This document shows, piece after piece, positions 28,597-38,363 of a DNA stretch of 64,000 bases. How positions within the stretch are numbered: the first letter of the stretch is position 1; each line of letters begins with the position of its first letter. The DNA is from a virus. Where the stretch lies: UHGV virus genome UHGV-1364187, one strand, 5' to 3'. Both the position numbers and the translations under genes were made by a program. The notes under the pieces are model-generated. The model was not told the origin of the DNA. It searched no databases and saw nothing but the letters and a program-made list of their open reading frames with translations.

Positions 28597-28719
28597 CTAT
28601 TTATTCTGTTTTTGATTATCTTTAACTTTTTTAGCATCTTCTTCACTAACTTCAGTAATACCTAAACCTAAATCACCTTGTTCTTGTATCATTACTAATT
28701 GTTCATCATTATTTCCCAT
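28597..28719 (-). CDS. small acidic protein of 40 aa (not in the ORF track)
   Basis: ATG 8 nt after GAGAGGAGAG. Its stop abuts the next ATG. Confidence 0.4.
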   Translation of the reverse strand: MGNNDEQLVMIQEQGDLGLGITEVSEEDAKKVKDNQKQNK

Positions 28720-28812
28720 ATATTAATCTCTCCTCTCTTATCTATCTTTTAAGGGTTCCTAGTCAACGCCTTTAAAAGCCCCTTAGTTTTTTGTTAGAAG
28801 TTTAATAAAAAC

Positions 28813-29544
28813 TTACATAGTTTTTATTTGCTTTACTTTAGAATTTTTCATTGTAAATGGCAACATGTAATCTTCATTAATAAGATTTGAATATAAATGT
28901 GAAGCTATCATATATGCATTTACAGTATTTTTTGCAATACTATCTTCTTCATCTATATCTAAATCTTCCAATCTTACCATACCTGTAGTTCTAATATCAT
29001 TATACATTTGTCCTTTAGCTACCATAGCATCAGCTTTAGGTTTATAAAATTCTGTAGCTACTTTATCAAGACCCATAACCACTAATGCATTTAATTCATT
29101 ATCAGAAGTTAAACTTCCTTTATCTTCATGTGTTAATCTACCAGTTTTACCATCACGTTTATCTATATTAGTTGGGTTACTGTTCTTCTTAGATAGAATT
29201 TGTTTCATTCTTTTTAGATGAAAATATACAACTGGAGCTGGTCTTGTTTCTAATGGATATCCATCTTTAGTATACACTGATGGATTGTATATAGTTTCAC
29301 ATATAGGAACTCCCATTACATCTAATGCATTTTTTATATCTCCATATGTAGGCTCAACTACAAATGGTTTATGATGAAATCTAAAACATAATGGTCTATT
29401 GATAAAAATTTCAAATTCTTTATCTGACATTTTTGAGAATAATTTCTTATAGTATTCTAAATTTGTATTACTTCTATCTAGTTTAGACATTACATCATAT
29501 ACTAGTCTTTCTATTTTATTTCTTACTTCTTTACTAATTGCCAT
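28813..29544 (-). CDS. hypothetical protein
   Basis: 243-aa ORF. Confidence 0.5.
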   Translation of the reverse strand: MAISKEVRNKIERLVYDVMSKLDRSNTNLEYYKKLFSKMSDKEFEIFINRPLCFRFHHKPFVVEPTYGDIKNALDVMGVPICETIYNPSVYTKDGYPLETRPAPVVYFHLKRMKQILSKKNSNPTNIDKRDGKTGRLTHEDKGSLTSDNELNALVVMGLDKVATEFYKPKADAMVAKGQMYNDIRTTGMVRLEDLDIDEEDSIAKNTVNAYMIASHLYSNLINEDYMLPFTMKNSKVKQIKTM

Positions 29545-29554
29545 AATATCTCTC

Positions 29555-30715
29555 CTATCTACTACAATTATGAGTATACAGTATAAAATATGACAGTATA
29601 GCTCTATTGTATGAATTTTTTGTTGCTATTCTCGATTTTCTCTTATTATATGCTGGACTGTTCTCTGATAAGAATATTTCTAATATCTCTTTTTGTCTAG
29701 CGATATTAGGATTCTTCGAGTTTGGTTTAGCAGTATTAGAGAATGATACGAATCTAATATCAGAAGCTCTACCATTTGGATATGTATCTAAGTATTCTGT
29801 CAAAAGAATACCAATTAACTCTTCTATCATTGGTAGATTTTGTTTATTATCTAATATAGATTCCATAATACTCTTTATTTCATCTGTTTTTACATCACTA
29901 TTGGATACATATTTACATAATCTATAATCTACGTTTTTAGTAGTCATATTTGATATAACTTTTTGTGATGTTTGATTAATTTGTAAAGTTTTACTATCTG
30001 CTCTATGAAAATTATCTTCATCATCAGAGTCTGTATCATATGTGATATATTCTCTCTTTTCAAAAGCATCATAATACATAGAGGCAACATTTTTAAGCAT
30101 AGCTTTTATTCTATCACGTAATTGCAGTATAATATATGCAACATCTTCATCTGAAAATTCTTTAATTTCATCTTTATAAGTAGATAACCATGTTTCTGTT
30201 AAACTATTAACAGCTTTGATTACACTGCCTTCTTTCTTTATATCGAATTTAGATGATAGTTTATTATTTACTACATATTCCATAATATACCTATATTGTG
30301 TTGGAGCAATTGGGAAACAAACATAATGCATGGATGGATAAAATTTACCACTAAATGATAAATATACACATGCTAAATCTAAGTCTTTTCCATGCTTAGT
30401 ATCATAGAGAAGTTTCACTAAACATATTACACATACTGTGAATTCATCTTTAGCAGCCATAGCTCTAAATTTAGCATCTTCCCAATAATATGTGTGTGAT
30501 AACATTTCTCTTACTTTATTGATATCGATATCGAATGTATTAAAGAAATCATCACGATCTTCTGCCATAAATGATATTCTATCACATGGACATGTATCAT
30601 ATAACATAGTAGATCGTTTATTCATAAATCTAGACATAATCTGTTTAAATTTTGTTGGATCATATTTAGATTTTATATATGGATATATTTCATTTTTGAT
30701 AGCGTAAGTATCCAT
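29555..30715 (-). CDS. hypothetical protein
   Basis: 386-aa ORF. Confidence 0.5.
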   Translation of the reverse strand: MDTYAIKNEIYPYIKSKYDPTKFKQIMSRFMNKRSTMLYDTCPCDRISFMAEDRDDFFNTFDIDINKVREMLSHTYYWEDAKFRAMAAKDEFTVCVICLVKLLYDTKHGKDLDLACVYLSFSGKFYPSMHYVCFPIAPTQYRYIMEYVVNNKLSSKFDIKKEGSVIKAVNSLTETWLSTYKDEIKEFSDEDVAYIILQLRDRIKAMLKNVASMYYDAFEKREYITYDTDSDDEDNFHRADSKTLQINQTSQKVISNMTTKNVDYRLCKYVSNSDVKTDEIKSIMESILDNKQNLPMIEELIGILLTEYLDTYPNGRASDIRFVSFSNTAKPNSKNPNIARQKEILEIFLSENSPAYNKRKSRIATKNSYNRAILSYFILYTHNCSR

Positions 30716-30776
30716 AAAGTTTACACCTCCTTATAGAATTACTTAGATGTTCTGACACATAAAATATACGAAGGAA

Positions 30777-31085
30777 TTAACCTTCGTATATTGCCACAAC
30801 AGCTAATCCTCCATTTTTTAATACATTGATAACAAACTGTTTCCCTTCAGGAACCATATTATCTTTTTCAAAATGGAAATTCATTGCTAAATATCTAGGT
30901 ATACATAAGTTTTGTATACCACGTTTACCTCCACAATCCATTGCAACTGATTTTGAATTAAACCTATCGAATGGTTCTACTGTAGTTGCAACAAACGGTT
31001 TATCTTCAGAATCATAATCACAATCATGACACTTGCAATCTGGTGGACATGTTTGTGGTTGTCCATTTTGATCTTCATCAGCCAT
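30777..31085 (-). CDS. Cys-rich acidic hypothetical protein
   Basis: Contains CPPDCKCHDCD. Confidence 0.45.
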   Translation of the reverse strand: MADEDQNGQPQTCPPDCKCHDCDYDSEDKPFVATTVEPFDRFNSKSVAMDCGGKRGIQNLCIPRYLAMNFHFEKDNMVPEGKQFVINVLKNGGLAVVAIYEG

Positions 31086-31098
31086 ATTAATTCACCTC

Positions 31099-31485
31099 CT
31101 AAAAATTTCTACCTATTACACGTATATTAGCCAATTCACCATCCATACATGTTATTATAAATTCTTGACCTTTACTAATAGTATCACCTTCATCACGAGG
31201 ACACATAAACGCAAATTCTTGAGCTACATTTAATAATACATAATTACTTGTCTCATATTCTTCTGGTTCTACTTTATTTTTATTTACTATATGAGAAGTT
31301 GATACTTTTTGTTTAGACTCCATCGGTTCCATTTCTGGAATTTCTGGCATTAATAATGGAATTTTAAACTTAATTCCTTGTGTTGATTGACAGTTCATAT
31401 CTTCCATCATTACTGCAGTCATATTATTCGATAATTCATTTCTAAAATTATAAGGTTTAATTTCTTTAAATAACATATATCTCAC
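31099..31485 (-). CDS. hypothetical protein
   Basis: 128-aa ORF. Confidence 0.45.
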   Translation of the reverse strand: MRYMLFKEIKPYNFRNELSNNMTAVMMEDMNCQSTQGIKFKIPLLMPEIPEMEPMESKQKVSTSHIVNKNKVEPEEYETSNYVLLNVAQEFAFMCPRDEGDTISKGQEFIITCMDGELANIRVIGRNF

Positions 31486-31574
31486 CTCCTTATTTATTAT
31501 TAGGTTATATTCTAAAAAATTAAACAGATTTTAACACATATATAATTTTAAGACATCAAAAGGAGACTTATATT

Positions 31575-31982
31575 ATGATGACAGTACAACAATTACAACT
31601 TATGATTTTATATTTATTAGGATATCATACAGATCAATACATGAACGTATTATATCAAAATGACGATCATGTAGTAATTGATGGTATGAATGTTTATGTT
31701 GAAGATGGTGTTTCTAATATAACACCTAATAATAGAAGACTATTGAATATATTATATGATTTGCATAGTATATTACCTATATTTGAATATTCAATATTTA
31801 ATTCTAATATAAAAGTTTATGCTTACTATACAGAGATTATAAATAAGAAATGTATAGTATATATACGAACAGATTCTATGACAATAGAGTCAAAACCTTT
31901 TAGTAATCATTGTTTAGCTTATATAGATATTCTATTACAGTTACACAATGTTCATATAGATTTAACTCAATTTGAAAAATAG
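31575..31982 (+). CDS. hypothetical protein
   Basis: First gene of the plus-strand block. RBS AAAGGAG. Confidence 0.5.
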   Translation: MMTVQQLQLMILYLLGYHTDQYMNVLYQNDDHVVIDGMNVYVEDGVSNITPNNRRLLNILYDLHSILPIFEYSIFNSNIKVYAYYTEIINKKCIVYIRTDSMTIESKPFSNHCLAYIDILLQLHNVHIDLTQFEK

Positions 31983-31997
31983 AAAGGGTGATTTAAT

Positions 31998-32465
31998 ATG
32001 ATTAGTTTATTAATAGCATTAGTATTCTTAATTTATAATATAAATACACTATATACAATATTAGACAAGAATAATTTATCAAATCTAAAGAAATGGTTTG
32101 AAATTGGAATTATATGTCTATGTGTTGTATGTATGAATATTGATATTAATTTCTTATATAACTTATCTATATTTATGATATCTTCAATAATTATCACTAA
32201 TATGTGTATAATTATATTAGAAAGGAGATTACAAAATGAGAAAGCTAAAACTAAACAGTGGACAAGAAAAGATAGTACAAGAAGCAGTGGATTGGTATTT
32301 CAATTCATCAGAACAAGTATTTCAAATTTCTGGTCCAGCAGGCTCGGGAAAGAGTACTGTATTACTAGCTATTATCCAACGTATTGGAATCCCTATGAGT
32401 CATGTTCTTCCTATGAGTTATGTAGGAGCAGCAGCCTTGAACATGAGACTAAAAGGATTGTATAA
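31998..32465 (+). CDS. small multi-pass membrane protein (3' extent uncertain)
   Basis: The N-terminal 75 aa are strongly hydrophobic. The ORF runs 230 nt into the helicase gene in another frame. Confidence 0.35.
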   Translation: MISLLIALVFLIYNINTLYTILDKNNLSNLKKWFEIGIICLCVVCMNIDINFLYNLSIFMISSIIITNMCIIILERRLQNEKAKTKQWTRKDSTRSSGLVFQFIRTSISNFWSSRLGKEYCITSYYPTYWNPYESCSSYELCRSSSLEHETKRIV

Positions 32466-33441
32466 TGCAAAAACTATTCATTCAGCATTATATGAATTAG
32501 TAGATATAATCAAAACAGATTCTTTAGGTAACGTTATTATGGATAAATATTTAAACAGACCTATACTTACACAAGTATTTAGACCTAGAGAATTGATTAA
32601 TAATTATTCACTTCTTATTGTTGATGAAGCTGGCATGGTTCCTAGTTATATGAGAAAAGATATACTTCATCATAATATTAAAGTACTTGCTGTTGGAGAT
32701 CTTAATCAACTTCCTAGCATAGATGGATCTCCAGCATTCTTATATACAGGAGAAGTTCATTTCCTTACAGAAATTATGAGACAAGGAGTAAACTCTTCTA
32801 TTATTGAATTGTCACAAAGAGCAATTAATGGATTACCTATTCATACAGGATATTATCCTAATGATGTATTAGTAATCGATTATGATGACTTAACTTCTGA
32901 AATGATAATGAGTTCTAATATGGTTATTTGTGGAAAAAATAATACTAGAGATTTCATAAATAATAAAGTTAGAAAAGAGATACTAGGTATTCATTCGGAG
33001 ATACCTATTTGTGGAGAACGAGTTATGTGTGTTAAAAATGATTGGAATGAAGAAGTTGATGGAATTAATTTAGTAAATGGTCTTACTGGAATAGTACTAA
33101 ATAATCCTGATGTTTCTAATTTTGATGGTAAATCATTTAGAATGGATTTTATGCCTGATTATGGTAATGGACCATTTGTAAACTTACCAATAGATTATGA
33201 GTATATTACTTCATTATCTGATCAAAGAAAGAAATTGAAAAATAGAAACTACTCTAATGGGGAATTGTTCGAGTATGCTTATGCAAGTACATGCCATAAA
33301 GCACAAGGTATGACAATTCCTAGAGTTGTATATTTGGAAGAATATCTGAATAGAGATATTCAAAATAACCTTAACTATACTGCTATTACAAGAGCAAGTC
33401 AAGGTTTAATTTATGTAAAACAAAAACGTAAGTTTTTTTAA
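32236..33441 (+). CDS. Dda/RecD-like SF1 helicase
   Basis: Walker A GPAGSGKS, Walker B LLIVDEAGMV, VLAVGDLNQLP and motif VI CHKAQGMT. Confidence 0.8.
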   Translation: MRKLKLNSGQEKIVQEAVDWYFNSSEQVFQISGPAGSGKSTVLLAIIQRIGIPMSHVLPMSYVGAAALNMRLKGLYNAKTIHSALYELVDIIKTDSLGNVIMDKYLNRPILTQVFRPRELINNYSLLIVDEAGMVPSYMRKDILHHNIKVLAVGDLNQLPSIDGSPAFLYTGEVHFLTEIMRQGVNSSIIELSQRAINGLPIHTGYYPNDVLVIDYDDLTSEMIMSSNMVICGKNNTRDFINNKVRKEILGIHSEIPICGERVMCVKNDWNEEVDGINLVNGLTGIVLNNPDVSNFDGKSFRMDFMPDYGNGPFVNLPIDYEYITSLSDQRKKLKNRNYSNGELFEYAYASTCHKAQGMTIPRVVYLEEYLNRDIQNNLNYTAITRASQGLIYVKQKRKFF

Positions 33442-33483
33442 TAAGAGAATAGTCATTCATAAAAATGAATGACTAATCTCTTA
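33442..33483 (+). terminator. terminator hairpin
   Basis: 18-bp stem with one mismatch, taagagaatagtcattca/tgaatgactaatctctta. Confidence 0.5.
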
Positions 33484-33535
33484 TTCAATTATATATTATA
33501 TATATGAATATAATATTAAAGGAGAGTGTTTTATT

Positions 33536-33916
33536 ATGGAAACAAAACAACTAGTATCACCAGCAGTTATAGTGTCAGCAGAAGAAAGGAATGCTAATTA
33601 TGATAATTTTGATAAGTATTATCTTGTCTTATTAGTATTTAATACAGATCAAGGAGAAGAAAGAGATTGGGTTGTAAAAAGAGGTCGTAAAGAAGCATAT
33701 GATCTATTAAAAGATTACATTCAAAATGATCAATATTTTGATTCTATTGCATCAAAAATTCTTGTTAATGGAAATACATTAGGAGACGAATTATGTGTTG
33801 CTAAATTTATGAGCATTATGCAATTAAGATTTAAAGATAATGAATTTAATATTGACAACTATGTTGAACCAGAAGAATACGATATTGAAGAGGCTAACAT
33901 ATTACCAGAAGAATAA
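33536..33916 (+). CDS. acidic hypothetical protein
   Basis: 126-aa ORF. Confidence 0.5.
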   Translation: METKQLVSPAVIVSAEERNANYDNFDKYYLVLLVFNTDQGEERDWVVKRGRKEAYDLLKDYIQNDQYFDSIASKILVNGNTLGDELCVAKFMSIMQLRFKDNEFNIDNYVEPEEYDIEEANILPEE

Positions 33917-33933
33917 AAAAGGAGTGAATCAAG

Positions 33934-34398
33934 ATGGCAAAACCAAATAATAAAAACAAAAAACAAAATCAAGACTATTTTAGCAAATCAATTCAACAAA
34001 AAGGAGAAGGATTTATTCAAACGAAATCTCCACAAGAATTACAAAGAGATGCTATTAGAATCTTTAGAGATATTGCTAGAGGTAATATCGATTTAGAAAA
34101 GATGGCTCAATATATGATGGACCAGACAATGTTGACAAATATGATCATAGCAGCAAAAGGAAAACTTACAGCAGAGACAATTAAACGTGATGGTGTTTCT
34201 ATGCTATACTCAGAACAATTAAGAAATCCAATGATTCAAGATACTAGTATGGTAGAAACTGTATTACAAAATCAAATGGCATTAGTAGAAGTATATACAA
34301 TTATTTGTAATATGCTTGAACAAGTGCAATTTACTAATGACCCTGCATGGTTATATACATTAGCTGCACAACTTAGTAGCTATAAGTATATAATTTAA
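33934..34398 (+). CDS. hypothetical protein
   Basis: 154-aa ORF. Confidence 0.5.
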   Translation: MAKPNNKNKKQNQDYFSKSIQQKGEGFIQTKSPQELQRDAIRIFRDIARGNIDLEKMAQYMMDQTMLTNMIIAAKGKLTAETIKRDGVSMLYSEQLRNPMIQDTSMVETVLQNQMALVEVYTIICNMLEQVQFTNDPAWLYTLAAQLSSYKYII

Positions 34399-34433
34399 CT
34401 TATTAATAATCTATTAAAAAAGGAGGAAAAATA

Positions 34434-34814
34434 ATGACACAATCAGATATCACTGAATTCAAACCGTATATGAAAGAAGATGACATATTTGTAATCATTA
34501 CTGGAAGTCAATATTCTATTATCAATACACCATCAACACCAGTTATCTTTGATGACGCTAAACAAAGAATATATTATTTTTCTATCTCTAATCATAGAAC
34601 AAATAATACACATAACGGTAATAAAAGATTTAGAGAAATGCAAATATTTGAATATGAACAAATTGAAAGTATTATTCTCATTCAAGATGTAGATGATATC
34701 ATTAAAGTTGCACAGGCTAAAGGTATTACTGGAAGTGATTTAGACCGTGTTAAGAAAGCATTAAGTGATAATCATGGTACTTATATCAATGAGAATGAAA
34801 ATGTAAAAGGTTAA
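34434..34814 (+). CDS. hypothetical protein
   Basis: 126-aa ORF. Confidence 0.5.
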   Translation: MTQSDITEFKPYMKEDDIFVIITGSQYSIINTPSTPVIFDDAKQRIYYFSISNHRTNNTHNGNKRFREMQIFEYEQIESIILIQDVDDIIKVAQAKGITGSDLDRVKKALSDNHGTYINENENVKG

Positions 34815-34972
34815 GATTTAAAACAACTGCAAACTATACAGTAATTATAGTTTGCAGTTAATAAAAAAGTGATAGTAAACAAAATTTCAATTATATATTA
34901 TTAACGTGTAAACAAGTAGTTAATCAACTACATTGTATAAAAATAATTTAAAATTTCAAGGAGGAATTAATT

Positions 34973-35803
34973 ATGTACAACAATTATAATGGTAGTTACA
35001 ATGGACAAGGAAATATGGGTATGGGATACAATGGACAATATCAAGGTCCAGTTATGACAAATGCAGTATCTCAAGAAGAAATTAAAGAACTTAGAAAAGC
35101 AGGTTCAACATCTGCTATTCCACAAGTAACAAGAGCAGAAATGTTAGCTGCAAAATGTACACATAGAGATCCACAAAAGAATTGCTTTGCAACAGTTCCA
35201 GCTAATGAAGAAGGTTATGTAGTATGTACTATTTGTGGTGCAAAATTTAGACCAGTAGAAATGACAGAACAACAAGCAACAGAAGTCGTTAATGAAACAA
35301 TCGATATTGCTCAAACAGCTAAAATGAATTTCATTGACATGAGTCCAACAGCAGTTGTTGAATATTTCCAAATGATTCCACTTCTTAGCAGATTACCAAA
35401 ATTATATGCACAAAGTTTAAACAACTTTAACAAATATGACAATGGTATGCAATATCAACAAAATGGAAATAACAACTTCTTCAATATGTTCTCAGCATTA
35501 ACATCTCCTGGTATGGGCATGGGTTATGGACAACAACCTATGTATCAACAACCAATGTACGGACAACAAATGGGAGGTCAACCAATGTATGGTCAACAAC
35601 CTATGTATCAACAACCAATGTGTGGACAACAAGCTCCACAACAAAACTACTTCTATCAACAACAACCTAATCCATTACAAGCAGCAACAACTGTAATGCA
35701 ACAACAAGGTCAGGTTGCACCAAATCAACCTGTACCACCTCAACAAAATGCTCCAGCACCACAAGCTGGAAAACCAGAAGTTAAAAATGTAATTAATGCC
35801 TAG
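34973..35803 (+). CDS. protein with an N-terminal Cys-rich segment and a C-terminal Gln/Pro/Met/Tyr-rich low-complexity repeat domain
   Basis: CTHRD...C...CTICG near the N-terminus. The C-terminal 100 aa are built from QPMYQQPMYGQQ repeats. Confidence 0.6.
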   Translation: MYNNYNGSYNGQGNMGMGYNGQYQGPVMTNAVSQEEIKELRKAGSTSAIPQVTRAEMLAAKCTHRDPQKNCFATVPANEEGYVVCTICGAKFRPVEMTEQQATEVVNETIDIAQTAKMNFIDMSPTAVVEYFQMIPLLSRLPKLYAQSLNNFNKYDNGMQYQQNGNNNFFNMFSALTSPGMGMGYGQQPMYQQPMYGQQMGGQPMYGQQPMYQQPMCGQQAPQQNYFYQQQPNPLQAATTVMQQQGQVAPNQPVPPQQNAPAPQAGKPEVKNVINA

Positions 35804-35830
35804 TACATACTAGGTATAACTTAATAAATA

Positions 35831-35870
35831 AAGTATAACTAGAATTTTCCTAGTTATACTTTATTTTTTT
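35831..35870 (+). terminator. rho-independent terminator
   Basis: 12-bp perfect stem aagtataactag/ctagttatactt, then tttattttttt. Confidence 0.8.
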
Positions 35871-35963
35871 CTGTGTAGATACAAAGGCAAATTATTTATG
35901 ATACTAATATTAAATTAACACATAATTATAGACATTAAATTTATTAGAAAGAGGTGTAATGAA

Positions 35964-38351
35964 ATGTCAAAAACATTACAGAAGAATTATCAAGAAAACA
36001 TCGATAATTACAAGAATGAGATTAAACAATTAACAAGACTTGTAGATATCGTAAGACAGATGCCTGGTATGTATATTGGTGATGTTGGATTAAAAGGTCT
36101 TATTAATATGATAAGAGAAATCTTTCAAAATAGTGGAGATCAATTAATGCGTGAAGATTCACCATGTGATCATATTATTGTATCTTTTGATGAAGCTACA
36201 TGTACTATTATAATCGAAGATAATGGTTTTGGTATTCCATTTGGTATTATGGTAAAATTATTTAGTGAACAACATGTAAGCTCGAATTATGAAAAGACTC
36301 CATTTAAGTTTACTTCTGGCAGACATGGTATTGGTTCAAAAGTAACGAATATGTTATCTAAATTCTTTGTTGTGCAATCATTTTCTAGTAAAGATAAGAT
36401 AGGTCATGAGGTAAGATTTGAAGAAGGTGTTTGTGTAGAAGACGAACATGAAATTGAAAATCCAGAAGGAAAGCAAGGCACTGTAGTAACATTTTCACCA
36501 TCAGAATTTATATGGGAAGCTGGAAGAAAGAATGGTATAGAAGAACATTTAAGTTCAGAAGAATTATTAGCATTTATACAATCTTTAGTTCCACAGCTTA
36601 ATATTGGTGCTAAAGTAATATTTAATGCAATAAGACCAGATGGTTCACAAATTCATGAAGTTCTTGTTAATGAAGATGGAATTTTTACACATATTTATGC
36701 AGCAACACAAAATAGCCTTATTGAACCTATTCATATTTTTGATAATACAGATGGTGAGCATAAGGCTGAAATTATATTTACATTTGACCCAACTTCTAAT
36801 ATTTCACCATACATCATTTCATTTGCCAATACATGTCCAGTATCAAATGATTCTAAACATGTAATTGGATTTGAGAATGGTTTGGTTGGATGGTTTAGAA
36901 AATATATGAATAATGTATATTTAAAGAATAGTAAATCGAAAACACAGATTATCGCTAATGATATTAAAGAGGGGCTAATTTGTGCAATGTCTGTATTTGT
37001 ACTAGAGCCAACATTTGATGGTCAATCAAAGAATTCATTGGCTAATGCTGATATGATTAAATATATGCAAGATTTAGTCTATAACGGACTAGAAGAATGG
37101 AGTAAACAAAAACCATCAGATCTTAATAAAGTCTGTAAATATTTAAAAGAGGTAGCAGACTTAAGAACAAAACATGAACAAGGTAAAGTTAAATTAAGTA
37201 ATAACTTTAAATCTTCTAGTATTACAGGTATGCCAAAGAAATACACTAAACCTTCTGGAAAGAAAAATTTAGAGTTATGGATTGTTGAAGGTGATTCTGC
37301 TAATGGTCATGCTAAAGTAGCAAGAAACAAAGAACTCCAAGGAACTTTTCCTATAAGGGGGAAGATGCCTAATGCCTTAACTACAGAAAGAAGTAAATTT
37401 TTATCTAATCAAGAAGTTTCATCTATCATAACAATTGTGTCTAACGGTGATGATAGAAATTATGGAAGAAACTTTGATCTAAACAAATGCATATGGGATA
37501 AAATTATAATTGGAGCTGACGCAGACGAGGATGGTAAACATATAGCAAACCTTATTCTTATATTCTTTATGACTTATATGACGCCATTAGTAATAGATGG
37601 AAGATTATATAAATCAGTACCACCATTATTTGGTATTAATTTTGGTACTGTTCAAAAACCAAATTTCAAATACTTTACAAATAGATTAGAGTATTCTGAA
37701 TATGTACAAAAAGAGTTTGCAAAGAATCATAAATTATCAACAACAACAGGTGTACAATTAACAGATAATGAAGCATTAGCTTTAATCTATAAGAATATTA
37801 TGTACACATACGAGATGGATTTAGTATGTAAACGATATGCACTTGATCCTATCTTATTAGAAACAGTATTGTCAAATATTTATGAACCATTTGAAGTTAT
37901 GAAACAAAGAGTAGAAGATAAGTTTAGATTCATGAAAGTTAATAGAAAAGGAAATATGTATGAGATTACTGGTTTAGTAAACAAAGTATATCAATTACTC
38001 ATTCTTAATGATAAACTTATTGAAGATGCTAAACATATTATAGATTTGATCCATAATGTAAATAATAATAATCTTCATTATTCTGTAGATGGTCAAATAG
38101 TTTCTATGTATACACTTATGTGTATCTATAAGAGTTCAGAACCAAAAGGACTAGTAAGATACAAAGGGTTAGGTGAAATGAATGAAGATCAACTACAAGA
38201 GAGCACAATGGATCCATATGGAAATAGAACATTAATTCAATATACTTTCGAAGATGCTAAAAAAGAAATAGATCGTATACATTGGATTAATAATAACAAA
38301 GATCAATTGTTATCTAAGATTAATGTATCTAGATACGAGTTATTAGGTTAG
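35964..38351 (+). CDS. type II DNA topoisomerase, ATPase/TOPRIM subunit (GyrB/T4 gp39-like)
   Basis: GHKL-type N-terminus (QNSGDQ, GRHGIGSKV). TOPRIM ELWIVEGDSANGHAK and IIIGADADEDGKHI. Confidence 0.8.
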   Translation: MSKTLQKNYQENIDNYKNEIKQLTRLVDIVRQMPGMYIGDVGLKGLINMIREIFQNSGDQLMREDSPCDHIIVSFDEATCTIIIEDNGFGIPFGIMVKLFSEQHVSSNYEKTPFKFTSGRHGIGSKVTNMLSKFFVVQSFSSKDKIGHEVRFEEGVCVEDEHEIENPEGKQGTVVTFSPSEFIWEAGRKNGIEEHLSSEELLAFIQSLVPQLNIGAKVIFNAIRPDGSQIHEVLVNEDGIFTHIYAATQNSLIEPIHIFDNTDGEHKAEIIFTFDPTSNISPYIISFANTCPVSNDSKHVIGFENGLVGWFRKYMNNVYLKNSKSKTQIIANDIKEGLICAMSVFVLEPTFDGQSKNSLANADMIKYMQDLVYNGLEEWSKQKPSDLNKVCKYLKEVADLRTKHEQGKVKLSNNFKSSSITGMPKKYTKPSGKKNLELWIVEGDSANGHAKVARNKELQGTFPIRGKMPNALTTERSKFLSNQEVSSIITIVSNGDDRNYGRNFDLNKCIWDKIIIGADADEDGKHIANLILIFFMTYMTPLVIDGRLYKSVPPLFGINFGTVQKPNFKYFTNRLEYSEYVQKEFAKNHKLSTTTGVQLTDNEALALIYKNIMYTYEMDLVCKRYALDPILLETVLSNIYEPFEVMKQRVEDKFRFMKVNRKGNMYEITGLVNKVYQLLILNDKLIEDAKHIIDLIHNVNNNNLHYSVDGQIVSMYTLMCIYKSSEPKGLVRYKGLGEMNEDQLQESTMDPYGNRTLIQYTFEDAKKEIDRIHWINNNKDQLLSKINVSRYELLG

Positions 38352-38363
38352 GAGGAAACAGAA

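Noticed and set aside
28733-28766. Host sigma-A-like promoter TTGACT-N17-AGATAA on the minus strand
   Set aside because: The putative -10 box abuts and overlaps the RBS of the 40-aa ORF, so the transcript would start inside the RBS. The -10 box is also poor.
34825-34859. 14-bp perfect hairpin after 34434-34814 as a plus-strand terminator
   Set aside because: It is followed by an A-run (aataaaaaag), not a U-run. It may be an RNA-stability element or a terminator for the opposite strand, and was left uncalled as a terminator.
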